Assembly: GCF_963921235.1 (NCBI RefSeq)
Contig: NC_086097.1
Coordinates: 236,346,001-236,410,000, forward strand
Length of the DNA stretch: 64,000 nt
Direction of reading: 5' to 3'
DNA from: Mobula hypostoma
Taxonomy: Eukaryota
Positions 37,273 to 48,331 of the stretch are shown piece after piece; the stretch's first letter is position 1, and each line of letters opens with the position of its first letter. A model generated the notes under the pieces. It worked only from the letters and a program-made list of their open reading frames with translations, ran no database searches and had not been told where the DNA came from. The translations under genes and the position numbers were made by a program.

Positions 37273-38862
37273 TAGAACATAGAACATAGAAAAGTACAGC
37301 ACAGTACAGGCCCTTTGGCTCACAATGTTGTGCCGACCCTCAAACCCTGCCTCCCATATAAGCCCCCACCTTAAATTCCTCCATATACCTGTCTAGTAGT
37401 CTCTTAAACTTCACTAGTGTATCTGCCTCCACCACTGACTCAGGCAGTGCATTCCACGCACCAACCACTCTCTGAGTAAAAAACCTTCCTTTATATCCCC
37501 CTTGAACTTCCCACCCCTTACCGTAAAGCCATGTCCTCTTGTATTGAGCAGTGGTGCCCTGGGGAAGAGGTGCTGGCTATCCACTCTATCTATTCCTCTT
37601 AATATCTTGTACGCCTCTATCATGTCTCCTCTCATTCTCCTTCTCTCCAAAGAGTAAAGCACTAGCTCCCGTAATCTCTGATCATAATGCATACTTTCTA
37701 AACCAGGCAGCATCCTGGTAAATATCCTCTGTACCCTTTCCAATGCTTCCACATCCTTCCTATAGTGAGGTGACCAGAACTGGACACAGTACTCCAAGTG
37801 TGGCCTAACCAGAGTATTATAGAGCTGCATCATTACATCATGACTCTTAAACTCTATCCCTTGACTTATGAAAGCTAACACTCCATAAGCTTTCTTAACT
37901 ACCCTATCCACCTGTGAGGCAACTTTCAGGGATCTGTAGGCATGTACCCCCAGATCCCTCTGCACCTCCACACTACCAAGTATCCTGCTATTTACTTTGT
38001 ACTCTGCCTTGCATTTTGTCCTTCCAAAGTGTACCACCTCACACTTCTCCGGGTTGAACTCCATCTGCCACTTCTCAGCCCACTTCTGCATCCTATCAAT
38101 GTCTCTCTGCAATCTTCCACAATCCTCTACACTATCTACAACATCACCAACCTTTGTGTCATCTGTAAACTTGCCAACCCACCCTTCTACCCCCACATCC
38201 AGGTCGTTAATAAAAATCATGAAAAGTAGAGGTCCCAGAACAGATCCTTGTGGGACACCACTAGTCACAATCCCCCAATCTGAATGTACTCCCTCCACCA
38301 TGACCCTCTGCCTTCTGCAGGCAAGCCAATTCTGAATCCACCTGGCCAAACTTCCCTGTATCCCATGCCTTCTGACTTTCTGAATAAGCCTACCATGTGG
38401 AACCTTGTCAAATGCCTTACTAGAATCCATGTAGATCACATCCACTGCACTACCCTCATCTATATGCCTGGTCACCTCCTCAAATAACTCTATCAGGCTT
38501 GTTAAACACGATCTGCCCTTCACAAAGCCATGTTGACTGTCCCTGATCAGACCATGATTCTCTTAATGCCCATAGATACTATTTCTAAGAATCTTTTCCA
38601 ACAGCTTTCCCACCACAGACATAAGGCTCACTGGTCTATAATTACCCGGACAATCCCTACTACCTTTTTGGAACAAGGGGACAACATTCGCCTCCCTCCA
38701 ATCTTCCGGTACCATTCCTGTGGACAATGAGGACATAAAGATCCTAGCCAGAGGCTCAGTAATCTCTTCCCTCGCCTCGTGGAGCAGCCTGGGCAATATT
38801 CCGTCAGGCCCCGGGGACTTATCCGTCCTAATGTATTTTAACAACTCCAACACCTCCTCTCC
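37273..38862 (-). mobile_element. Young CR1 3' fragment with a 369-codon RT ORF (37414..38523)
   Basis: GRSCLTSL...KAFDKVPH...SGVPQGSVLGPLLF...KFTDDTK...RPHLEYCVQFWSP, with a (TAGAACA)n tail. Confidence 0.95.
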
Positions 38863-39409
38863 CTCTGTTGGGCCTCTTTTCTGGACTGAGAATGAGAAGG
38901 GGGCAGGGAGAGCGGAATCATGGTTGGAATAAGGGGAAGGGTGGGGGAGCGAGCAGAAAGCACCAGAGGGACATTCTGTAATGGAAACGTCCAATTGTTT
39001 GGAATCAAATGACCGCACCTGACGTCTCTAGGCAGGGTGTCTCTGCACCCGTGGCACTCGTTCACTGCTACCTGTCCCACGCCCCTTCCGCAGCACTTCA
39101 CCCTTGCCATGTCCAACATCCTTTACTCCGCCAAATTTACAAACTGCTCTCTATTCCACATTGTCAGGTACAGTACTGTGCAAAAGTCTTAGGCACCCTA
39201 GTTATGCTTAAGACTTTTGACAGAACTGTAAATATCCAGGGTCTGATGAGATCTCTCTGAGAATGCTATGAGAAACAAGGGAGGTAATAAATGGGCCCTG
39301 CTGGAGATTTTGCATTCTTTGTTAGCCACAGGTGATTTACCAGAAGACTGCAAGGTAGCTCAGATCACTTGTCTGAGTGCTACTGGTATCATGTCACCCA
39401 GTACTACCT

Positions 39410-39800
39410 GTCGCATGGTCGGGTGGTCAGCGACTAAACTGGCTCCCCCACCAGGCTTGCCTGGTGAGGAGAGTGGCTAGACACCCTGCAGGACGAAAAA
39501 CAAGACCTGTCAAAGGGCGGATGAACCCTCTTGTAGGGTCAACGGCCATCTAGCAAACACGTGCCGTGAAGCGTGGGAAGGGCATCCCTTGCATCGAAGC
39601 TTGGTCTGGCCATTCACTGCAACAGAACTCCCCCCAGCCGTCTTGGACCCCACCATGCCGCTGGATCCGAGAGGGGATGTCAAGAGGGTGGGTCTGGACC
39701 TGTGCAACCCCCTACTCACCTAAAATCCACTCACGCACACGCTGTTCCTTTTGAGAGGAACCATCGTCATCCTATGGGATGGATAGCCAGAGAGAGGGAG
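39410..39800 (+). mobile_element. Unclassified GC-rich interspersed element (possibly non-autonomous, RTE-derived)
   Basis: GC/CpG-rich block interrupting an old CR1. The caaggtagctc motif flanks it at 39351-39361 and 39801-39811. Family assignment is inference. Confidence 0.45.
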
Positions 39801-39829
39801 CAAGGTAGCTCGTGTTCGAGGGATAGCTA

Positions 39830-40830
39830 ATGTTTTTTTTTAATTTATTTAAGAAGTGCCCAGAGAAAAAGACAGGAAACAACAGTTCAATGAGCCTTAT
39901 GTCATTGAAGAGTAAGTTACTGGAAAAAAATTCCAAGGGACATGATTTATGTTAATTTGAAAAGACAGGATGGTAGATGTTGTCTTAGAGGACTTTAGTA
40001 AAGCATTTGACAAGGTCGCACATGGTAGACTGGCCTAGAGGGAAATAAAACATAGGATCCAAAGCAAGTTGCCTAATTAGATCCAAAATAAGCCTGTAGA
40101 TAGAGGAAGCGATTATTTATTTATTGAGATACAACACAGGAGAGGTTCACCCAGCCCTTTGAGTCAACAGCTCAGGAAATCCCGATTTAACTCTAGCCTA
40201 ATCACAGGACAACTTACAATGGCCAATTAACCAACCAACTGGTACAATTTTGGACTATGGGAGGAAACTGGAGCTCCCAGAGGAAACCCACATGATCACG
40301 GGGAGAATGTACAGGCAGTGGTGGGAATTGAACTTGGTTCACTTGTATTAAAAGTATTGTGCGAACCACTGTGCTATCGTGCCACCCCAAGTGGTGGAGG
40401 ATGTTTTGCTGATTGGAAACTAATGTTATTGTGGATAGTGAGGAAGGTCATCCAAGACTAGAGCAGGACATAGATCTGATGGAAAGTTGGACAGAGAAGT
40501 GGTAGATGGAATTAAATAACAACACCTTTGAGGTGTTATATATTAAGAAGTCAGCTAGGGTGGGATGCATACACCAAATAGTTGGACACAAAGGAATGTT
40601 GATGAAAAGAAAGAGTAAGATATCCAAGTCCATAGTTCCCAGAAAGTGGCAACATAGGTGAGGTGGTGAAGAAGGTATACGTATAGCTTGCTTGCCTTTG
40701 AAGGTCTGAAGGTTTATAAGAGTTGGGACATTCTTTTGCAACCTCATAGAACACTGGTTAAAGCTACATTTGGCAGATTGTGTGCATTTCTGGTCAGCAC
40801 ACTAGAGGAAGGGTATGAATGTGCAGGTGC
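39830..40830 (+). mobile_element. Old CR1 RT fragment
   Basis: DFSKAFDKVAHGRL near 39990-40030. Confidence 0.75.
40112..40387 (-). mobile_element. V-SINE (HE1-like)
   Basis: Reverse complement: tRNA-like head ggtggcacgatagcacagtggtt...gttcaattccc, V-domain gtgggtttcctctgggagctccagtttcctcccatagtccaaa, (AAAT)n tail. Confidence 0.85.
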
Positions 40831-41379
40831 CTAACAACACACTTCCCAACATACAGTATAGAGTTCGGGAATGAGAATTGAGCACGTGGGCAAATATGAA
40901 CTTGTAGAATAAGTTAGATAGCAGTCAATTCAAATCACGGTCCTGAAGGTCAACCCTGAAAATTAGGACTGATGTACTGTGTTGATAATAAATGTTGAAA
41001 GTTAAATGATGCATGTTAAAATGAACTCAGTCATAAAAGACAATAATGCAATGTATGGAAAAATAAATCAATACTTCTGATATGATAACTGATTGCAAAA
41101 TATCCCACTGAATTTCAATAAACTTAATATTTTACTGTGTAAGCATAGTGGCCATTCGGTATCACCAACTCGAAGGATTATGAGATATGTAAATTGCTTT
41201 TATGAGCCATGCTGAACAAAGTGCTTTGGCTTTAACATCAGAAGAACTCCCAATGAATACCATATCCCATAGATCAATATTGAAGACTCCACAGTGCTAT
41301 TCAAAAAATAAAAGACTGAGATCAATTGTCCTGACTGAAGCATATTCTGTAGCTTCATTACAACAAATGATATCGTATC

Positions 41380-41927
41380 TGTTAAATAGGGGTCGTGGAC
41401 AATTCTGATTTGATGGAGAGTGGACGTGAAAGCACAGAGGAACATCTGGAGAAATTTCTGAAACGCTCGTTCGCTGCTGTCATTACTGCGTGGTCGGGAA
41501 TCTTTCGGAGGTAGGCCTCGAAATCCCTGGCCTTGCCTGCTTTTGGCGACCGAGAAGGAGGTTGAATCGTTCGGACAGAGATGGTGCTCAGTACTCGGTG
41601 TCGGAGAGCTGATCAGAGCTCGAAGTTTTCAGAATGCTCAGATTGTGGTCGGCATGGCAGGGAGAGTTTTTCTTCCTTCTCCCGTCTGTGTGAGATGTGG
41701 GACATTTGAGAGACTTTGAACTTTACTGTGCTCATGGACTTCTTCATCAAGTTATGGTATTGTTGCACTGTTGTAACTATATGTTATAATTATGTGGTTT
41801 TGTCAGTTTTTTCAGTCTTGGTCTGTCCTGCGTGTTGTGATATCACACCGGAGGAAATATTGTATCATTTCTCAATGCATGCATTACTAAATGACAATAA
41901 AAGGGGACTACATGTCTTCATAATCTA
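41380..41927 (+). repeat. Young non-LTR 3' UTR-like element, unclassified
   Basis: CpG-rich block ending in aaatgacaataaaagg, similar in style to Rex1/L2 tails. Confidence 0.45.
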
Positions 41928-42085
41928 AACTATCTGCCCTTATCACATTACTTGTTGTGGGATTTGTTGCCAAAGTATGAGCTGAATAAAAGCAATGATC
42001 AAAATTAAATTGGGGATTCGAAGGACTGAGTTATGAAGAAAGGTTGGGCAGGCTAGGACTATATATTGGAGCACAGGAGAATGTT

Positions 42086-42700
42086 TGGCAACCCTCTGTC
42101 TTGAAGGACAATGGGTGATGACCATCATCATCATCACAAGCCTGGGGGGAAGGTATGGAGATCCTGAGATGCACAGTTGTCAAGATGCCCCTCTAGGCCT
42201 CACCAGTATAGTCCAAAGGAAAGCTCATGATGCAATACGCTTGGTTGCAGGAGCTGCCAGAAGGATGTTCAATGACGTACAGTTGCCATAGGGTCTCCAC
42301 TCCGGATTTGCTATCTGGGTTTACTCCCGCAGCCTTCATCTCTCCCGAGGCTGCCCACAAGGCAGTGGGGCTATCTACCCATAGCGAGGGATCTGGTTCA
42401 CGAGCACCAGGGCGTGTCCACACACTGGTGGGCCTGCTTGCTACGTGAGCAGGGGCCAGACCTCATCCCCATCCTCTGTACTTCTGCTTGAGTCCAAAAA
42501 GAGTTCAGTTTCCATGTGTTGCTAGCGAGGAGACATTATATGAGACTTGCTGTTGAAGAGGCTATGTACTGGCAGGGAGAGACTTACACATTCAGCTTTC
42601 CTTTTCGCAAGACTGCTAGCCAGTGGCGGAAGCTGAAAGTGAGAGTGACAAGCACAACCCACTACACTACCACACTGGACTCATCACAGCAACCATTTTG
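42086..42700 (-). mobile_element. Unclassified interspersed element (RTE-like, (GAT)n end) interrupting a CR1 3' fragment
   Basis: CR1 sequence stops at ggagcacaggagaatg (42085) and resumes at cataggagaataa (42705). Confidence 0.45.
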
Positions 42701-44463
42701 ATACCATAGGAGAATAATAGGTGATATTATAGAGGTGTATAAAAATAATGAGAAACATAGATAGGATGAATGTGCACAGTCGTTTTCCAACAGCTTGGGA
42801 GTTAAGAACTAGAAGACATAGGATTAGTGTGAAAGTGCAAAAGATTTAATAGAAACCTATTTGAACCAGAGAGTATGTGGAACACATTGCCAGTGGAAGT
42901 TGTTAAGGCAGTTAGACACACAGCATTAAAAGACTCTTGAACTCATGGATAGAAGAGTTTCAGAGGGAAATGGACCATACACAAGCAAATGGGAGCAGCT
43001 TAGTTTGGAATCCTGGCCAGCACAGACCGAAAGGCTTGTTCCTTTGCTGTATGTCTCTATCACATTAAGCTGCAAAGTATTTAGGAAGTTTTTAAGAAGG
43101 AAACCAGAGATCCACGGGCCAGTCCTCATTGGAGAATCAGAGATGGAGAGGGTCAGCAACTTTAAATTTCTCCATGTTATTATTTTAGAGGACCTACCTA
43201 TATTGGGCCCAGCACATAAGTGCATTTCTTGTATCTGGACTGCACTTTAACCATATTTCATTGACTATAATTGTCAAAGCATGCAGATACAGCACAAGTG
43301 TAGGGAGAGAGATACTGAAGCAGGGCAACAGTTCACTGACATTAATGACAACCGTTGCAGAATTTAAAGGAAAAGGAAAATAAGAAATGCTAGGCCAACA
43401 GGGCCATTAACTGAAACTCTCAAACTAAAAGTTAATGCCAACACTGCAGCTAGAAGCAATAACTAAATATTAAGTGAATACTGCTCCTTCGTAGCATCAA
43501 TCAAAATGGTAGTCCTCGTTTCCCAGGTAAGCAGGGAGCGTAAACTCTGCTGTGCATTTGGTCATTTCAACAAGACTAGAATAAAAAGGTGGGAGTTAAA
43601 TACCACCATAATGAAACACTAATTAGCTGGAATGTGCGTATTCACATGCACGATTGCCAAACCTGCTCCGCAACCTGCCTGTGCGGGTGTGTAAATCCCA
43701 CAGCAAAGTCCGTGGTTGTGACAAAGGTGCCCTTTTTAATGCAGTGTTAAAATTTCTTGAGCATTAACAATCTCACTTTTCTGGTGAATGATAAAGGAGT
43801 TCCCTCCCGAACCCTGAGTAATCTTTATTCTCCCCACCCCCAATAACATGAATAAAAGAGGGAACTATGGGCGTTATCATATTGCTCTTTGGGACATATC
43901 TAGGTATAAATTATGCACTGCAGTGGCAACTTTCAAAGCACCACGTTGGCTTATAAGACACATGAGGGTTATGAGGTTAATTTTATTGCAGGCTTCTAGA
44001 CTGGGGCAGAAAATGAATGTGGACCAGCCTGATGTAACATAGTAGGTATGTAGCATTGGGGATTGAAAATCTGGCTCAATAGTGCCACAACAACAACGTC
44101 TTACTCAACAAAACCAAGGAGCTGATTATTGACTATAGGAGTCCATAAGCCAGTCCTCATTTGGGGATCGGAAGAGGAAAGGGTCGCTAACGTTAAAGTC
44201 TTTGGCACTATCATATCATTGGATCTGTCCTGGGACCAGCGCATGAATACCATTACAAAGAAGGCATGACAGTGCCTCTACGTTCTTCGAAGATTGTGCA
44301 GCTTTGGCGTGTCATCTAAAACTTTGACAAATTTCTATAGATAGAAAGTGGAGAGTCTCCTAACTGTTTGCATCACAGCCTGGTATGGAAACACCAAAGC
44401 CCATAAACAGAAAAGCCTACAAAAAGTGTTGGACAAAGCCCAGTCCATCACAGGCAAAGCACT

Positions 44464-44647
44464 CAACAGGAATTCTGCAGATGCTGGAAATTCAAGCAAC
44501 ACACATCAAAGTTGCTGGTGAACGCAGCAGGCCAGGCAGCACCTCTAGGAAGTCCTGACGAAGGGTCTCGGCCTGAAACGTCAACTGTACCTCTTCCTAG
44601 AGATGCTGCCTGGCCTGCTGTGTTCACCAGCAACTTTGATGTGTGTT
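44464..44647. mobile_element. 184-bp Penelope-derived foldback element carrying a hammerhead motif
   Basis: 14-bp TSD acaggcaaagcact (44450-44463 and 44648-44661). About 53-bp inverted arms enclose the hammerhead. Confidence 0.9.
44551..44586 (+). ncRNA. Minimal hammerhead ribozyme motif
   Basis: AGTC-CTGACGA-AGGGTCTCGGCCT-GAAAC-GTC-AACT, core intact. Confidence 0.7.
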
Positions 44648-45112
44648 ACAGGCAAAGCACTGTTGAGTGCATCTACAAGGAAGGCTGCCACAAGAAAGCA
44701 GAATCCATCATCAGGGACCACCCAGGCCCTGCTCTCTTCTCTTATCCTCCTTAATTTATAATAAAAGGAAATCTGAACATTATTTCATTGCTTTATGGGA
44801 GATAATTATGTACAAATCATGCATAATGATGGTAACTTCCCTTCAAAACATCACATTGACTTGTGAGACATGTTAGGGCTTTCTAAGGTTATGAAAAGTG
44901 GAATTTTTGTTTTATTTTATTGCAGTCTTGTAGATTGGAGCAGAAAGCTAATGGCGCTCAGGCCCCAGGCTGATGCAGCTCAGGAGTGAAAATTTCCCAT
45001 AATCATGCTTAGGAGACTTGATTATTTTGCAACAAAGGGGAACAAAAATAATTTTGTCAGTCCTGAAGAAGGGCTTGGTGCAAAATGTCCACTATTTATT
45101 CCCCTCCACAGA

Positions 45113-45385
45113 TTTTATTTATTTATTGAGGTACAACACGGAATAGACCCTCCCAGTCCTTTGAGCACGCTGTCCAGCAATCCCTAAATTTTAATCACTG
45201 GACAATTTACAATGACCAATTAACCTACCAACCAGTCCGCTTTGGGCTGTAGGAGGAAACCGGAGCATCTGGAGGAAACCCACATGGTCCTGTTGAGAAC
45301 ATAGAGGCAGTGGCAGGAATTGAACCTGGGCTAGCTGTACTGTAAAGGGTTACACTACTGTACTGCTAACCGCTACACTACTGTA
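45113..45385 (-). mobile_element. V-SINE (HE1-like) nested in a decayed Penelope repeat
   Basis: Homologous to 40112-40387 (ggaggaaaccggagcatctggaggaaacccac). Confidence 0.8.
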
Positions 45386-46164
45386 TGCCCACCTGCTGAA
45401 TTCCTCCAGCATTTTGTGCTTTGTTACTCCGGATTTCCAGCAACTGTAGGATCCCTTGTGTTTAAAACTATTTCTCCTAAAGTATTTGGTCCTCCCAGCA
45501 TCTCCTCTTCTATATGATGCTGTCAGAACATAATAAAGCTCATGTTTTTAAAAGGTTTGATATGAAATGAATCTTACTTCTAGAATATATTGTATAATTT
45601 ATTTGAAAAGCGAATGGCAAGTCAATATATTGAGAAAGATCGGAAAATATTTCTGTCATCAATGATCATATAAAATACCACATTATAGATAGAACAGTCT
45701 CGTTGGCATCAGTCCCAATCAATTATGGCTCACAGATAGATGTTGATATTGAAAGGCTGTCCTTAGAGACTGATTAACAAAGACTACAATGATCAAAAAT
45801 TATAGCCTTTTACAAACACCATTCCAGTTTTAAAGTGCAAGAAACAAATGCTTCTGCAGGCGACTGTGAAAAATATTCAGATACAACAATTAACATTATC
45901 TGGGGTTGAGCCATATCAAACTGGCGTGAGAGACCTAAAATGCCTTTTGTCATGTATGTGACACGTAAAATATTAGAATACTTTATATCGATCTGCTGTA
46001 GCATTATTGCAAAGGTGACATTATTAGTTAGGTAGGCAGAACGTGTAAATTTCAAAAAAGAACTACTTAGAAAAGCTATCAAAATGGGAACAGCATAATA
46101 CAGTGAAAGCTTGTTTATCATTCCCTTCATTAACTGGCGCTCTGAGGGAGGGCTTGTAGATGTA

Positions 46165-46660
46165 TTGACCAATATCAATACATCTACAAGGAGCACTGTC
46201 ACAAGAAAGCAGCATCCATCATCAAAGATCCCCACCATCTAAGCAATACTGACTTCTCACTGCTGCAATCAGGATGGATGTACAGAAGCCTTAGGTTACA
46301 AACCACTATGTTCAGGAGCAGTTATTACCCTTCAACTAGGAGGCTCCTGAACCAGCGTAGATAACTTCACTCACCTCAACTCTGAACTGATTCCACAACC
46401 CATGGACTGAAGGACTCTACAGATCGTGTTCTCAGTATGATCTATCAATCAACTTATCTATCTATGTATTTATTTATCATGATTATTACACTATTTGCAT
46501 AGATTATTTTCTATTGCACATTGATTATCAGTGTGTATAGTTTTTCACTGATTCTATTATATCTCTTTGTTCTACTATGAATGCCTCCAGGAAGATGAAT
46601 CTCTAAGTAGTATATCAGGATATATATGTATTTTGATGATCGATTTAATTTGTACTTTGA
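46165..46660 (+). mobile_element. Rex1/Babar 3' fragment
   Basis: KAASIIKDPHH...FSLLQSGWMYRSL...FRSSYYPST.RLLN. Homologous (inverted) to 13000-13450. Confidence 0.8.
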
Positions 46661-46710
46661 GTACAGCGTGGAAGGAATAGCTAATTTAATATCAAGAGAG
46701 CTGTGCTGTG

Positions 46711-47182
46711 TCAACAGCTGGACAGTTTGCAGTGGACCCCCCAGTCCAACAGCTGGTCAGCTCGCAGTGGACCCCCCAGTCCAACAGCTGGACAGTTCTC
46801 AGTGGACCCTCAGTCCAACAGTTGGACAGTTCGCAGTGGTGCCTCCAGTCCAACAGCTGGACAGTTCACAGTGGACCCTCAGTCCAACAGCTGGACAGTT
46901 CACAGTGGACCCCCCAGTCCAACAGCTGGACAGTTCTCAGTGGACCCTCAGTCCAACAGCTGGACAGTTCTCAGTGGACCCTCAGTCCAACAGCTGGACA
47001 GTTCACAGTGGTGCCCCCAGTCCAACAGCTGGACAGTTTGCAGTGGACCCCCCAGTCCAACAGCTGGACAGTTCACAGTGGACCCTCAGGCCAACAGCAG
47101 GACAGTTTGCAGTGGACCCCCCAGTCCAACAGCTGGACAGTTCACAGTGGACCCTCAGGCCAACTGCTGGACAGTTCGCAGT
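46711..47182 (+). repeat. Minisatellite, 34/35-bp unit, about 14 copies
   Basis: AGTCCAACAGCTGGACAGTT(C/T)(A/G/T)CAGTGGACCC(TC/CCC), mostly alternating 35 and 34 bp. Confidence 0.95.
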
Positions 47183-48331
47183 CGATACCTGGGTTGGTAC
47201 AGCTACAACAGGAAGGAAAGTTGGATAGAATGAACCCACGTACACTCAGCGACCATGTTAGTTAGTACACCTGCTTGTTTAAAAAGTGAGCTTCACAGGC
47301 ATTCGGTGTCATTCCAGCGGCCCAGTCAGAAAGGGGAGCAGCACACAGCGAGGAGGTTACTCGCAGGTGGGCAGCACTTGTTTAAAAGGAGGGCTTTGCG
47401 GATGTTCGGTGTCATTCCAGTGGCCCAATCAGCGGCGGGAGCAGCTCAGAGAGGAGTAAATAAAAGTACTGAAGGGCCAAGCAGAGTTGCCATTGTTGGG
47501 AGTGGGCCAATGGTGAGAGCAGGAGTCTCAGTTTTTGGCTGAAAGGAGGCTTCAGCTCAAAAGGGGGTACGTTTATGTACTTAGAGTAGTTTAAATGGTC
47601 ATTATATGTTCTTCATGCCAGATACTGGAGTCCTGGGAGATCCAGAATCTCCAGAGGAACTACATCTGCTTCCAGCTACTGCTTCAAGAAAACTATGTTA
47701 GGGATATGGAGCAGTAGCTGGATGAACTTCAGCTTGTACGGGCAAGGGAGGAGTTACAGGGAAGTAACTACCCCTAAGTTGCAGGAAGCAGGTAGTTTGG
47801 TGACTGTCAGGAGAAGAAATGGGAAGGTAAATAGGCAGTTAGCACAGAGCACCCCTGTGGCCATTCCCATCAAATATAAGTATACTGTTTTGGATAGTGT
47901 TGTGGGGATGACTTCCCAGGGAAATGCCATGGAGACCAGGTCACTGGCACTGAGCATGGGTCCGTTGTGAAGAAGAGAAAGAGGGAGAAGAGGGGAGTGG
48001 TAGTGATAGGGGACTCAATAGTCGCAGAAACAGACTGGAGATTCTGTGAAAGTGAACAGGACACCCGGATGGTATGTTGCCTCCCAGGTGCCAGGGCCAG
48101 GGACGTCTCGGATCATATCCACAGCATTTTGGAGAGAGAGGGAGAGCAGCAGATGTCTTGGTACATATTGGTACCAAAGGCATAGGAAGGAAAAGCAAAG
48201 AGTTCCTGAAGAGAGAGTTTAGAGAGCTAGGCAGAAAACTGAGAAGCAGGACCTCCACGACAGCAATTTTTGGATTGTTACCTGTGCCATGCACCAGTGA
48301 CGGTGAAAACAGGATGATTTGGCAGATTAAT

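Larger units (their letters stand above)
44040..44750 (+). mobile_element. Rex1/Babar fragment
   Basis: DLSWDQRMNTITKKA*QCLYVLRRLCSFGVSSKTLTNFYR*KVESLLTVCITAWYGN. Confidence 0.88.

Noticed and set aside
39452..39515. Hammerhead-like CTGGTGA...GAAA in the GC-rich element
   Set aside because: The core is non-canonical and I could not build convincing stems I-III.
45810..46238. 142-aa minus-strand ORF, and a plus-frame peptide LTLSGVEPYQT faintly like fibronectin type III
   Set aside because: The ORF starts in antisense Rex1 sequence and has no recognisable domain. The peptide similarity is too short to count.
46626..47265. Three overlapping 176-200 aa ORFs and a CRISPR-like periodicity
   Set aside because: These are artefacts of a stop-free minisatellite. 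There are no unique spacers, no cas genes, and the context is vertebrate.
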